This document shows positions 50,521 to 64,000 of a stretch of 64,000 bases of DNA, in pieces (position 1 is the first letter of the stretch; each line of letters begins with the position of its first letter). Both the position numbers and the translations under genes were made by a program. Location: contig NC_042997.1 in NCBI RefSeq assembly GCF_006345805.1, positions 58,342,001-58,406,000 of the forward strand. The letters run 5' to 3'. The notes beneath the pieces were generated by a model. It saw only the letters and a list, made by a program, of their open reading frames with translations, had not been told where the DNA came from and ran no database searches. Origin of the DNA: Octopus sinensis (Eukaryota).

Positions 50521-50911
50521 GTTATTTTCGCAATTTATCCAGTACAACCCTTAAACAAGTAAATAATATTTTCCTAAACGATAGTTTGTAAGCATAAATA
50601 ATATGTTGTCTTATCTAAAGCGCTAGATACAAAGGGGACTTCCTCGTAGAAGTGCAGACTATATAGACTGACAAAGCCAGAAACTTCGGCTGAGCATTTC
50701 GCCCATTGGTCAGCACCGAAAGGCTCAATGTTCTTTTTTCTTTTTTTGTTTTTGGTTTTGATGCAACATTGCTATAAAAAAAGAAATTGATTTTCTAGTT
50801 TGGTGTGATATCTGTGTTGATAGGTTTGAAAGAAAGACTGGTTTAGAAAATCTGAGAATAATTATAAAATTGATTCGGTGGTGAATCGGTAATAGTCGTT
50901 AATATTTAATT

Positions 50912-51122
50912 AGCTGGCAGAATCGTAACCACGTCGGGGAGAATGTTTAATGGCATTTCGCCCGTCTTTACGTTCTGAGATCAAATTCCGACGAGGTCGA
51001 CTTTGTCTTTCATCCTTTCGGGATCGATAAAATAAGTACTAGTTGAGTACTGGGGTCGATATAATCGACTTACCCCTTCAACCCGAATATGCTGACCTTA
51101 TGCCAACATTTGAAAGCAATAT
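50912..51122 (+). repeat. SINE family B copy
   Basis: agctggcagaatcgtaacc...ccgacgaggtcgactttgtctttcatcctttcgggatcg. Confidence 0.85.
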
Positions 51123-51663
51123 TTAATAGGAAATGAGATCCATTTTAACATGGGAAGAGTTGAATCAATTGATATGCTTGCTACTATTGTTGTAGAGAGG
51201 CAAGGATGTGATCTGAATTTTGGGAATGATAGAGTAAAAACAATTTTGCTAATGATGCCAAGGTCAGATTTTAAGAGTTGATAAGCCTGGTAGAAGGATA
51301 ACTGTTAAAGTTAGATTACCTTTTAGCGTGACATAGGGTTCTTGGGTTAGAGTGTTCTATATTTCATGTCGCGTCTAGCTGTTTGTATGATTGTGCATAG
51401 AAAAATATATTCATATATGAAATTCCAACCTAGTCCGATTTTCACATTTTATTATTTGCAATTTTTACAATTTTACAACATTATAACAACAGAATATTAT
51501 ATATCTACTGTGATAAAACTAGTACTTTCTTGCCTTACACAAACATCAGGTTAATGTAGTGATAGTCGTGTTCCACGTGCCCTTCTTTCGTTTGTTCACC
51601 CAGTCGTATATACGCACGCACACAAACGCACATACACACACATTCTCTCTCTCACACATACAC

Positions 51664-51826
51664 AGGCGCAGGAGTGGCTGTTTTGTAAGAGGCTTGCTTT
51701 CCAACCACATGGTTCCGGGTTCAGTCGCACTGCGTGCCACCTTAGGCAAGTGTCTTCTACTATAGCCTCGGGTCGCCCAAAGCTTTGTGAGTGGATTTGG
51801 CAGAGGGAAACTGAAAGAAGCCTGTC

Positions 51827-51830
<4 letters not shown>
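51664..51830 (+). repeat. SINE family C 5' part
   Basis: ggcgcaggagtggctgttttgtaagaggcttgc...ggaaactgaaagaagcctgtcg(TA)n. Confidence 0.8.
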
Positions 51831-51878
<48 letters not shown>

Positions 51879-52133
51879 GTGTGTCTTTGTGCCTGTGTTT
51901 GTCGTCTAGGTATACAAGTTGTTCCCTTCTACTGAAGCTAATTTTTGATTTAAGGTTTTCTTCGATTTTTATATTAATATGATTTTAAATCATAATTGTA
52001 ATTTCATATAACCGGTTATTGAAAAGACCGTTAGTTGAAAGGACCAATGAAACAAAACCATTCTCAAATGTGTATCTATCAAAGTAATTGCATATTTATA
52101 CATATAACCTTATTTTTGTTTCATTCTCAATCC

Positions 52134-52177
52134 AAACTGTCCGACGAACGGGAACGTGGAACTCTGAGTAACAGTTT
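52134..52177 (+). ncRNA. Type I hammerhead motif with perfect stems and two core substitutions, in a (TA)n-flanked repeat (~52090-52340)
   Basis: AAACTGT-CCGACGA-ACG(GGAA)CGT-GGAA-CTC(T)GAG-TA-ACAGTTT: 7-bp stem I, GNRA-capped stem II, palindromic stem III; U4>C and A13>G. Confidence 0.65.
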
Positions 52178-52339
52178 TTGTGATATATATATGTGAGAAG
52201 TAGATAGACAGCCGACAACTGATGAAGGGTTGTTCTTTGAGTTACTTGTCCTCTTTTCCATTTTTTCTCGTTGTTTGCATCATATTTAACTCGTTTGTTT
52301 TCGTACTTGATGTTGTTTACAGTTGGTGATGTCCTGTAC

Positions 52340-52413
<74 letters not shown>

Positions 52414-52456
52414 ATTTATATTATTATTTAATTGAACGCTACGCATCCATTTCCAA

Positions 52457-52546
<90 letters not shown>

Positions 52547-52909
52547 ATTGATAATAATTTAGGACTTTCCAAGAGTTCCCTGTCAACATGATTTATCAGA
52601 TATTTTTTTTATGTGGAATAAATTCCATTCATCGCACATATCAAATAACGTTTCTATGCATTCCTCAACAGCATAAAATAAAACTGGTTTAAAAAAATCA
52701 ACATGATTTATTTTCAAACAAGTATTAAATCTCTTTCACCCGACATATAAGGCTAAAGAAGGAAGATATAACTTCTGCTATCACTGGCACCTTTTCTAAC
52801 TGATCAAGTAGTTTGAAAGATGCTATGAGAATCAGCTTTTGTTAAATCTTGATTTTTTTTATTAGTGAAACGAACTTGAGCTAATCAAGAATGGTAATAC
52901 ACGATTGTA

Positions 52910-54290
52910 TTAAGGGCAACGAGCTGACAGAATCGATACCGCGCCGGACAAAATGCTCATCGGCATATTTTTTACTTTAGCCTCTGAATTCAAATGCCAC
53001 CAGCTTCGACTATGCCTTCCATCCTTTCGGGATCGATAAAATTAGTACCAGTTGAGAACTGAGGTCGATGTAATCGACTTACTACCTCCCACGGAATTGC
53101 TGGCCTTCTGTCAAAATTTGAAACTAGTTACATGATTATTTTGTTTTATGGAGACTTGTTGCTCTTCACCATTCCTTAGCACTTCTAATAACATTGATTG
53201 CTTTTGTATAGCGACTCCAGCAACATATATATCAATACAGTCGATCGAGTCGACCTCAGTATATTACTGCTTCACACTATATCCATTCTTGAGGAGTGAA
53301 AGGCAAAGTTTACCTCGGCGGAATTCGATCCCAGAATGTATCAAGATGGAACTGAAGAATCTTTTATCTTTTTGCTTGTTTCGTTCATTAAATTTCCGTC
53401 ATTCTTGGGCATCATATTGAAGGGTTTAATCGAACAAATCGGTCGCAGAACTTACTTCTTTGTTTAAAGTCTGGTACTTATACTATCGGTATCTTTTGCC
53501 CAGCCGCTACGTTACAGAGATGGAAACAAACCAACACTGGTTGTCAAGCAGTGGAGGGTGACAAATGAAAACACAAAGACGCACACACACACACACACAC
53601 ATACACACACACACACACACACACAAACACACACATACATACACACATACACACACATACACACACAAACACACATGTATACATATATACACGGAGGGCT
53701 TCTTTCAGTTTCCGTCAGCCAAATCCACTTAAAAGGCTTTGGTCGGCCCGTGACTATTATAGAAGGCATTTGCTCAAGGTGCCATGCAGTGGGACTGAAA
53801 CTGAACTCGAAACCATTTGGTTCGGAAGCAAACTTTTTACCTCATTGCCACACCAGACAAAAATATCTCATATTTCTTAGCTTTATTCTCCATTCTGAAT
53901 TCTGCTATCGTCGACTTTATCTTTCATCCTTATCCGGTCGATTATGTACGTACCAAATACTTTGGTCTCGATTCTGTCGCCTATATCCTTCGACAACAAA
54001 TGTGCGGCTCAGTGCTATTATCAGAATAAGAAATTATCGATATTTGAAACTAGAAAGAAGAGTGAGATAAATATATGGCCTCAACATGCTTTTAATATTG
54101 ATTTCAAAGTTTGGCACACGGCCAGCAATTTCAGGGGATTGCATCGACACCAGTATTCAACTGGTTCTTATTTTATCGACCCTGAAAAGATGAAGGGTAA
54201 AGTCGACTTCGGTGGAATCTGAACTCAGAACATGAAGACAGAGGAATTGCTGCTTAGCATTCCGCCCGGTGTGCTAACAATTCTGCTAGT
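52910..54290. repeat. Cluster of SINE B (both strands) and SINE C (minus, 53420-53850) copies
   Basis: Family cores recognisable at 52910-53130 (+), 53190-53350 (-), 53420-53850 (-), 53880-53960 (+), 54090-54290 (-). Confidence 0.75.
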
Positions 54291-56249
54291 TCGTCGCCTT
54301 AATATTCTCTCAAATTCACACACTTATTGCAGCGGTCCTTCAGTTTTCTAAGCCCTGTAAGAGAGCGCGGAAGGTTGGGCCTCCAGACAGGCCTTTCACG
54401 ATGCCCTTAAAGCGAGGAACTTTTCAGTACACTCTCGTAATTGGTGGGTGTTGTAGTGGTGCAAATGTGTGTAGAATGGTGTGATGCTGGTATTGCTCTC
54501 GTGAGTAGTGATCATTCCTTGCTCTACTCAATGAGGAGATACGTCTTTAATATATCTTAAATGTGTGTGTGTATGTAACGAGAGAGAGTGAGAGAGAGTT
54601 AAGTAAAGTCTTATTTCTAACACTGACCACATGTTTTGGGAGAGTGTTTAGTAGATTTAGTCAATACCTAAATACTAATGGTTCTTACCAACCATTTAAG
54701 GAGGGGTGGCATAATTGGCCTAGTTTCAAACTAAAGCACGAAGTAATTAATACCGCGAAGTATATTGTCGGGTGCTCCGTCTGTCATTCATTTCCCTTGA
54801 GATGAATAAAGTATTGAAGTCTAAAGAATTTATCACCTTATCGTCGCTGTAAGTATGCATCTTGACATTTTTGTAAGGTATTTGTGTATGTTTACACATT
54901 TATTAGCACCATGCTATCACAACGTCGGAAGACAAAGAGTTCTTTATTGAAACAATAAATCTGTTTTACCTTGCCAAACAAAAAAAAAGTATGCAATGTT
55001 TAGAGCTTTTAGGAAATATAGGAGGCATACACAACTCTTCGTTTTTATAAGTGTTAGTAGAATGAAGTTGGTTGGAGGAAATAATAGCAATATTGTGTTG
55101 AGATTTATTTTACTTATTGAGAGTGATGATAATAAAAAAGAAGTTGTGAGGATTACATTTATTTTGATAAGAAGAAAATAGCTGATATATTCTAAAATGT
55201 TGAATTTCTGTGGATGAATGCTTAACATCGTGTGAGATAACCGTGTACTAGTTCTAACAGAGTTCTAACGCGCTAAAAGAGTATTATCATTGCGGCAAGG
55301 GAACACATCCTTGCAACAAACACCACCGATTAACACACAGCCGTCGATAAAGATATTATCTACATATACGACGGAGGAGAATGTTACAGTGTTGTCTGTA
55401 ACCTAAGAAATATCTCTAATGGTTGACTGTAATGTTGTATTTATGTAGCCAACCCCAAATTTAATTGCCTTTAATAAATTTGTTACCACATTATCCACTG
55501 CGTCTTTTCGTTTCCAAGGCATTAGGATGGGATTTGAGTTAACCATCAATTCTTACCCTACCGCCACGCAAACGGAAGGACCCATTTTGTTTAATGAGAA
55601 AACTCCACGACGTGGTTAGCGACTACGCCGAAGATCTAGTTACAACAAAATCTATTACAAATTTTCTGAGATTTCAGAAAATGGTTTCTCAGCATTATTT
55701 CTGATACTTGAAACGGCTTTTAGACCAACCTGATTCTTATTAATCAGCAAACCTTATACAATATGTTTTATTGTGCTACTGTCGGCGAGAACTCAGATGG
55801 AAGACGTTGCTTCATACTAACTAGAGTATGCTGCATGGAACAGGGATAATAAATTAGAATACAGCATGGAAAACTAAAGGATATGTATATATTTAGAAGT
55901 AAAGGATATGTTTTTAGTTATAAATATATATGGTATTGAAAAAAAAAAAAGAAAATATACTTTATGAAACGCACTCTAGATAAATTCAGAACTCGGTGTT
56001 ATGTATGTATGTATGTATGTATGTATGTATGTATGTATGTATGTATGTATGTATGTATGTATGTATGTATGTATGCATGCATGTATGTATGAGTGTGTGG
56101 GTGGTGTGTGTAGTTATATTTAACGTTCTCTGTTAAATTAGAGTTAAAATGCAAGAAGCATTTAAAAGCTAACTAGAAATAGTTATGTCTTGAAAGAAAA
56201 ACAACATTAGTCATTGACTGATATTCTTTTAATCATTTCGGCAAGTACG

Positions 56250-56428
56250 GGAGACAACTAAAATATACCGAAACTGAGGCCTCTCTGATTGGCTTAAAGC
56301 TTTAGCATGATTCGAATATAGTTTGCTTTGAAACAAAATTGTATAACTAAAGCTGTTTCTCAAAATGTGTGGTAAGTGCATTGGTGACAATTATACCGTT
56401 CAGTTTCGGTATATTTTAGTTTCTCATC
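56250..56428. mobile_element. ~180-bp MITE
   Basis: Perfect 21-bp inverted repeat actaaaatataccgaaactga / tcagtttcggtatattttagt. Confidence 0.6.
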
Positions 56429-56744
56429 AGATCGAAGTATAGGCTCTGCTCATCATCTGAATGTCCAAAGATGAAACTCATGTCCCCGCAAGCCAGCTAC
56501 GGAACTTCTACATGATCCCTCGACCTGCAAGAGCAGCCAATATCCTTCAGATCACACAGTACCCTCTCATAAAGATGGGATAGTCACAGCTGGAACATCT
56601 TTAATCCTAGATCTGCTTGATCAGAGCCAACCTGGAGTTAATCTCCTTTACGCTCATCGCCACGACAACCACCATCACTGCCACTGCCGCCACTACCACC
56701 ATTTTGCCGCTGACGCTGCTTCCGCCGCTGCCGCATCACTGAGT

Positions 56745-56798
56745 TATGGGGACGTAAATAAACTAATACCGATTGTCAAACAGTGGTGGGGTACAGAC

Positions 56799-56851
<53 letters not shown>

Positions 56852-57025
56852 GCACACACACACACACATACATACACACACACACGCACACTTTTGGTTT
56901 CCGTCTATTAAATCCACAGGCTTTGGTCGGCCGGAGATACAGTAGTGTGACTGAACATAAGACCACATGGTCTTGTGTTCTTGTGTTTTTAGGAAGGAAA
57001 CTTCTTAACCACACAGCCACTTCTA
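56745..57025 (-). repeat. SINE family C with internal (CA)n
   Basis: ggggacgtaaataaactaataccgattgtcaaac...ccacaggctttggtcggccg...accacacagccact. Confidence 0.7.
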
Positions 57026-58079
57026 TGTCAATGATATGAATTATTCTAATGTTTTCTTTTCTTCTTTCTTTTTTTAACTTCAAAGATTTCAAATGCGAAA
57101 CTGTCACCCTGTGAAGTATACGTAGGTGGAACTGATGCTTTGTATGTACAGTTAAAAAATATCAGTACTGAATCATGGAAATAATTGAATCATGGGGGAA
57201 AAAAGAAAACACTTCCCAAAATTAAAATAGGTTTTTCTCTGTATTTATTACGTTTAAAATTAATTGTGAAGGCAACTTTTTCCTTACTGTTACTTTTAAC
57301 TTTTTTTCTTCCTCTTCCTACAATATTAAAGCAGAAACATTTTTCACGCCCAAAAACAAAAATCTTTTTTCCTCTTTGACACTATATTCGTGATTAGAAA
57401 ATTCAATTTCAGAGAGAAGAGAATAGGGCTATTTTTCTCTTATCACATTATATACTCTCAAATTTCAGCCATTTTAAACTGAAATTCTTTTTTAACACTG
57501 TTTTAATTTGTACTTAAAATTTTCTATTCTCAAAATCCTAGCAGTTCATAATTTAATTCATGCAGTTATTTCTCTTCGTAAATATCGAAACGAGATGGAA
57601 CAACTTTAATACATTGGACATTAATAGTATAACCTGTCCCGAACCATTCTCTAGAAGATTAAACCAAAATAGGTTTTAAATAATTTTCGAATACCCATAT
57701 AAAGCACTGTATACCTCTATGTTAAAAGGGTTAATTTCCGACCGCATATCGATATTGGGACAATTTCTTCCAGATTTGCACAGTTTGGAAGATATATATA
57801 AAAAAAATGTCTGCAAAATGTTAGATCTATTTTTGTCATGCACGTCCCAACAAGCAAATGAGAATTGTGACCACAGTCATTGTTCTGCTAATTCATTAGC
57901 ATTTTTTAAAATTTCAAGGTCAGTGTAAGTAAACACCACGAAGCTTTTTATGCTGCTGTGGAGAAATCCAGAGGATTTAGCAGTTAATATTTTCAGGCAA
58001 AGAAAATTGTGTACAATATCTCGTACGTCACACTTTTTGAATTCTCTTCGAAAAATTCAACAAATATATATGTGTTTAT

Positions 58080-58272
58080 CTTTGTGTCTGTTCTTCCCTC
58101 GCCGCCATTTGACAACTGGTGTTGGTGTATTTAAGTCTCCGTAACTTAGCGGTTTAGTAATAAGAGATTGGTGGAATAAGTACTATACTTAATAAAAAGT
58201 CATTCGACTAAAAATTCTTCAAGGGGTGTCCCAACATGGCCGCAGTAACATGACTAAAACAAGTAAAAGATC
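58080..58272 (+). repeat. SINE family C 3' half
   Basis: ttgacaactggtgttggtgtatttaagtctccgtaacttagcgg...catggccgcagt. Confidence 0.65.
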
Positions 58273-58744
58273 ATTCCAGATGATAATTTTTTTGCTAAAT
58301 ACTTTACTATGAAAAGTCAATTAATACAATTCTTGTAAATACTCAAGATCTACAGCTTAGATATGCGTCTCAAATTTTCACGTACGTCACGCGAGCATGG
58401 CCTTCCTCCTAGTCTTGTGTTAAGTAACTGATGAATTATATGAAATACTGCACACACAAAATGATACGATTGAAGATAACAGAAAAAATATTTCTCGGTA
58501 GAGAAATCGGTTTTGCAAGTCAATGTGGCTTTGATAATTTGTGTGCGAAAAACTCAGGAGAAAAAACAATAGAGAATAAAGAGAGAACTTATTTAATTAG
58601 TATTTTGCTGCATTTGCCCCATCATCAGTATCAGCCAGCCTACAATCAACCGGGGAAAACAATTCAGACCACCCCATCTTGGATCTGTTATAAGAGAAAT
58701 AGTGACACCGCTGACTGCGAGCATTCATCTTGCATATATATATA

Positions 58745-59130
58745 TATGTGTCATCTTGAAAGAAGGATCAGAATTTATACTGGAACAAGGCCACCAGTTC
58801 ACCATTAGAACAAACTTCACCTGCGCATCAGAAAACTTAATTTACGTCATAACATGCGCAGGCTGCAATAGGCAGTATATAGGCCATACAAAAAATAGCT
58901 TACGTAACAGGATGGCGGTGCATAAATCACAAATTAGAAACCCTAATTACCGCAAAATACCGGTCAGCGGACACATAGATAGATGTGCTGGAAATGTAAA
59001 TCCGAAATTTACAACTAACCCGCTCTATAAATTCAGTGACAACGCAACCTTCACACAACGCCAAAATAAAGAACTATATTTCATAAAAAAATTTAGACCA
59101 AGTTTAAACACCCTGGGCCAGGAATACTAA
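58745..59130 (+). pseudogene. Penelope-like element GIY-YIG endonuclease (3' end of ORF, 5'-truncated at a TA tract)
   Basis: FTIRTNFTCASENLIYVITCAGCNRQYIGHTKNSLRNRMAVH...ELYFIKKFRPSLN: Cys-rich GIY-YIG of the Neptune/Naiad type. Confidence 0.85.
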
Positions 59131-59294
59131 AACAAAAGATAAGTCCTCCGAAAAGGAGAAGCAAAATTCCACCACGGCCGCTACCTTAAACAGACACTCG
59201 CACTGACGGAAATATGCCTTAGTAAAAAAGGGAAAAACATTCTTTCGTGCAAATCTGACCCTGATACATACGATACAGCTAAGGGTCAGACCCG

Positions 59295-59745
59295 ATTCTA
59301 ATTGGTCAACAAGTTGATGACGTCTAGTTCTGCTAGAATGGACAGGATACAAACAGGGGACAGTCATTAGTCAGAATATTGATGACGTCCTTTTCTGCTT
59401 GACTAGTCACCTAACAAGTACAGACAGGGGGCAGATCTAATGTAGCTATAAGTCGTGATTGGGCAGAATCTGGATGACGTCCCGTTCTGCTTGACTAACG
59501 AAGCGACTGGTCAAAACAGGAAACAGACAAGAGGCAGTTATAATACAGCGATTGGTCAAAATGATGATGACGTCCCGTTCTGCTTGACTAAAGCCACCTA
59601 ACGAAACGATTGGTCAAAACGTTGATGACGTCACGCTACGCTGGACTGATCACCTAACAGGCATTATAAAACCGAGCAATTCACAAGACTCACTAGAACC
59701 ACCCAGCGAACACCCACCATGGGTCATCACAATTGCTTAAGGTAA
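59295..59745 (+). promoter_or_regulatory. PLE pLTR promoter: 5x (ATTGG-N12-TGACGT), TATA, Inr-like, Kozak ATG, splice donor
   Basis: ATTGG/ATTAG at 59301, 59366, 59458, 59551, 59609, each exactly 17 nt before TGACGT; TATAAAA 59665; TCACT 59690; CCACCATGG 59714-59722; AAG|GTAAAA 59741/2. Confidence 0.7.
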
Positions 59746-60260
59746 AAATGAATTCCTCGCTCTTTCGGAAACATCAATCTTCTGTATTGACTGCTTTCCA
59801 CCACTTTGATCTGTTTTTTGTATTGAATACGTATCGCCACCGTGGGCCACTGCATCGAACACTTTGAACATATAGCATGAATGAACTTACTTCAAACTAT
59901 ATATCAACTATACATGAACTCTAAGATGTCTGACTCCGTTGTGTATTATAAATGAATTTCTAGTGTTTGACGGCATGAGCTGTCTTTTTTATATATAACT
60001 TTTTTTGATAAGGTTCATTTCAGGAACTGAAACATGTTATAATGTATATATAAAAATTAAAAATTGTATAATTATAGCAGCATTTTCGAACTTCATTTTT
60101 TACAAATATATATATATATATATATACATGTACATACTCACATATATACTTATACATACTCACATACATACTCACATACATACATACATACATACATACA
60201 TACATACATACATACATACATACATACATACATACATACACATATACACATACATACATA

Positions 60261-60319
<59 letters not shown>

Positions 60320-60324
60320 GGTAT

Positions 60325-61130
60325 TAGGCGCATAAACATTTAGATAAGATTCTAATATACGTGAGACGTATTTGATCAATACAAAGGTCGTATTCATAGT
60401 TAATTTGCTGTGGAAAGCCTTTCTAGTTTGAGCCAATAGGTAGTGAAAAACACCAGCAGTCATTTCAAGGCACCCTATCTCTGCAGAACGGTGAATGCAT
60501 TTCTCGCTCCTTGTCAATCATCAGTCCAGTGTACAGTAAAAGAGTACTTCCTGAGGTGCTCACTGCGGACACGTCGGATATTGTTCTCTTCACTTTTTAG
60601 TACTAAGTTAATGTATTTATTTTTTCTGCTGTTGTTTAGTAAGAGCTGTCTGAGATACGACATTCGAAGGTTATCTGCACTTTTCTCATATCTCTACCTC
60701 CTTCATCTTTTCCTAGGTAGAACCTGTTCATATCACTATTTATGTGGAGATTGCCAGTTGATGTCAATATCTTGCGGGATTTTACGTCTGTGGAATGGAA
60801 TTCTTCCACAGACTAGTCAACTATCCAAAATATTGGATTCAGCAATTGTGGGTTATTGTGGAATATTGGGATATTGTCTTGTTGTAAGAAGAGATTTCCG
60901 ACTGCCATATTTTTCTTAGTCTGGCATAATATTCTCGGGTCACTCTACCTTTATTCACAATACGTTCGTATGATGTGTTTTCATCAAAGCCTAGGTATTT
61001 GTAGCATTCTTTGTGTGGGAAGGGGAGATAATGAGAACATTAATGCACAGGTTTTGGGTCTGAGGGTTTGTATGTTCTCTTCCGTTCTTAATTATTTAAA
61101 TGCTTCCTGTGGGGAGGGAGCTGGTTTCTA
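60325..61130 (-). mobile_element. Degenerate Dong/R4-type LINE fragment (region C-terminal to RT)
   Basis: Minus-strand remnants YYARLRKIWQSEISSYNKT, SRKILTSTGNLHINSDMNRFYL and (R)KDEGGRDM, matching the LxxxRxxGGRG region of R4-clade ORFs. Confidence 0.65.
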
Positions 61131-62482
61131 GCAAAGATACAAAGTTCCATCGTTGGGATGTAGCTAACAAAAACGAAATCACGCTGTAAACTTGAGAAAA
61201 GTCTTGCATATTTTTACTGTTCCACTTACAGACTGTATTTGTAATATGTAAGTTAGCTGCTCGATGTATGTATGTATGTATGTATGTATGTATGTATGTA
61301 TGTATGTATGTATGTATGTATGATTGTATGTATGTATGTATAAGTAATCGAATACTCGGATAGGGTACCGGAGAACCTATCGAAGCTCTGCAGTTTGTAT
61401 CATGTCAGTTGCCAAGACACATAACATGAATTAATCCAGCACTAAATAATTACTGCAAGATGTAGATTTCAGCAACATTGTAAACTGACCAGGGTTTCAT
61501 ATTAACCTCCATCAGTATAAATAAAAGAGCATTATTGTTATCAAGGCACGATAAAGTATTGCTAGGATTTCGTCTAAAACACTATCTTATGGATTAAAGA
61601 TCTGTTAAATGAACGTATTATCTCAAATACATGCTACTGTTGCTAAGTCTCACGAGTTGACTCATGAGGAAAGGTGTTGCGCCCATGATGATCATGCATT
61701 TTTTTATCACGCACTCTACATGTAGGACAATATCAATATGCTTTTCTTTTGTAAAAAGTTTGAATGTAACTGGAAGGAGATTTGGCTGTTGTTTCTAGCA
61801 AGTCAATCGATCACGTTAAAGTTCCCTCGTCAGCTCGACCTCCGATACATATTTCTGTCGGGTTTTACATAAAAAGCTACTCTATAGATTCTTTTTAAAA
61901 AATCGTTGAATGGCTCGTGCGCCTAGCTGTCGTTGCTAATGACTTAAAACATTTTTGATAAGCCTATCTCCAAGGGATTGCATCTTTTCATATCTTGTTG
62001 CTTACTTAACCAGACAGTTGATTAAATCTACTACTCTTGTTCATCACCATGATAACTACGACTGATAATGTTCTTTCCTGTGGAAATATATGATTTATTC
62101 TGCTGTGAATGACAATAGATTGTATTTTCCCTTCATATTTACCTACAGCCATTCTCTCCTCATCTTTTTTTATTCCTTTTGTTCCATCTATTCTCTGTTG
62201 TATTTACCTCTCTCCCTTCGTTTGCTTATCTCTCCATTTCTTTGTATGATTCAACTGCGTCAACACATCTTCCTTTGTCTCTCTCCATTCATTCCATTTC
62301 CCCCCCAGTCTTCAGTCTCTCTCCAACCGTCTGTCCATCTCTGTAAGTGTCGTTCTCTTACCAATGTTTCAATTTTGTTAATATGATTGTTTGTCTCTGC
62401 CTGTTTACTTCATTATTTCCTCCCACTCTCTCTCCTTGCTTGCCTATTTGTCAGTCTCTCTCTCTATTTCTTCCCCTATCAC

Positions 62483-62524
<42 letters not shown>

Positions 62525-63109
62525 CTCCCTCATTGATGTTGTTAACTCATATGAATCTGACAATTTGTTTCCATATTACTCTTCCAAAACAACTCATATC
62601 CACTAAAGCCTTTTACAGTACAATAATAATATTCTGTCAAAAATAGAGACAGAAACAGTAGGCTTTATATTGTTATTACTTGATTAATTGCATACATCAA
62701 TTCAGAATTATTTTCTTTCCTTACAATGCCGTGTTACTTAGATCGTGCGCTCCTCTCAATTCATGCTCGAGGCAACAGGTAGGTTTCTGATGGGAAGCTT
62801 GATACTTGCATTTGTGTGCACGCTTACTTTTAGTCTGAATGGTAGAAAATATATCACGATATGATCTTGTTTCTGAACTGACTTTTTCTTTGTTGTCTTT
62901 GGAAAGACAACAGTAACAGCAATGGAAATGCTAGCTAACATCTTCAGTTACACACACATACACACAGATGTATGTATGTATGTATATGTGCGTGCGTGTG
63001 TATGTGCATGTGTGTGTTTTTTGTGTGTGTATAGATAACAAACATACCTTTATAAAATGTATGAATGTATACACACACATACACACATATATATATATAT
63101 ATATGTATG

Positions 63110-63157
<48 letters not shown>

Positions 63158-63346
63158 ATTATATATATATATATATATGAAAAGTAAAATGCACTACGAC
63201 ATCTTGATATCCTGTTGCTTATTTTGATTTTATTCATCTTAGTTCGAACTGTGCTGATAATACTTGACTGACTTGGTGCTTCAACACTTAAGTACCTAAT
63301 TCAGCTGAATCTCAATTATATATATATATATATAGCCACACACACA

Positions 63347-63385
<39 letters not shown>

Positions 63386-63394
63386 AATATTTAA

Positions 63395-63656
<262 letters not shown>

Positions 63657-63831
63657 CATTAATATGTATGCGTATGTGTACATGCATACAAATATATTCG
63701 TTTATATTCAATATAAGCAAATACATATGTACACATGTATGTGTGTATACTTATGTATATATAACGACACACGCACGCACATACATATACATATGTGTAT
63801 GTGTGTGCGTGTGCGTGCGTGCGCGTATATG

Positions 63832-64000
63832 TGAGGGCGGCGAGCTGGCAGAATCATGTACACAGTGCATTTCATTCGTCTTCATATTTTGGATTCAAAT
63901 TCCGCCGACTTCGCCATTCATTCCTTCGGGGTCGATGAAATGAGTATCAGCGAGGCATGAACATCCCTCCCCTTGAATTTCAGGCCTTGTACATAAATAA
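63832..64000 (+). repeat. SINE family B copy
   Basis: gagggcggcgagctggcagaatc...ttcaaattccgccgacttcgccattcattccttcggggtcg. Confidence 0.8.

Noticed and set aside
56412-56430. CTGATGA-GAAAC on the minus strand
   Set aside because: No stem II, stem I or stem III; it is part of a MITE terminus.
58420-58460. CTGATGA-attatat-GAAA hammerhead-like core
   Set aside because: No NUH triplet with complementary stem I/III could be built.
59295-59660. Repeat-spacer pattern resembling a CRISPR array
   Set aside because: Eukaryotic context, the spacers are homologous to each other, the repeats are degenerate, and the array lies in a PLE terminal repeat; no cas genes.

Overview
Eukaryotic, AT-rich, microsatellite- and transposon-dense DNA. 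The SINE families and repeat landscape point to a coleoid cephalopod, most likely Octopus (inference, not a database result). The left ~29.6 kb is CpG-depleted and looks like the 3' part of a plus-strand gene: one convincing internal coding exon (5830-5921), several candidate alternative last exons and a poly(A) signal near 29.56 kb. The gene could not be named. The right ~34 kb is CpG-rich and repeat-dominated: a HERO-type RLE LINE, Dong/R4-type LINE pieces, a near-complete DD34E Tc1 element nested in a SINE, a near-complete DD34D mariner, other mariner/hAT/piggyBac-type MITEs, and a Penelope-like element (PLE) 3' end with a modular Pol II promoter. The most unusual signals are: (i) type I hammerhead-ribozyme motifs from several repeat families, including an inverted pair forming a 164-nt hairpin inside the gene body; (ii) two compact promoter cassettes in pLTR-like sequence; (iii) repeated fold-back/inverted duplications beside (TA)n tracts; (iv) a sharp CpG-decay boundary at the predicted gene end. 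No CRISPR array, rRNA or true tRNA gene was found. Repeat boundaries were read by eye and are approximate unless TIRs/TSDs are quoted.
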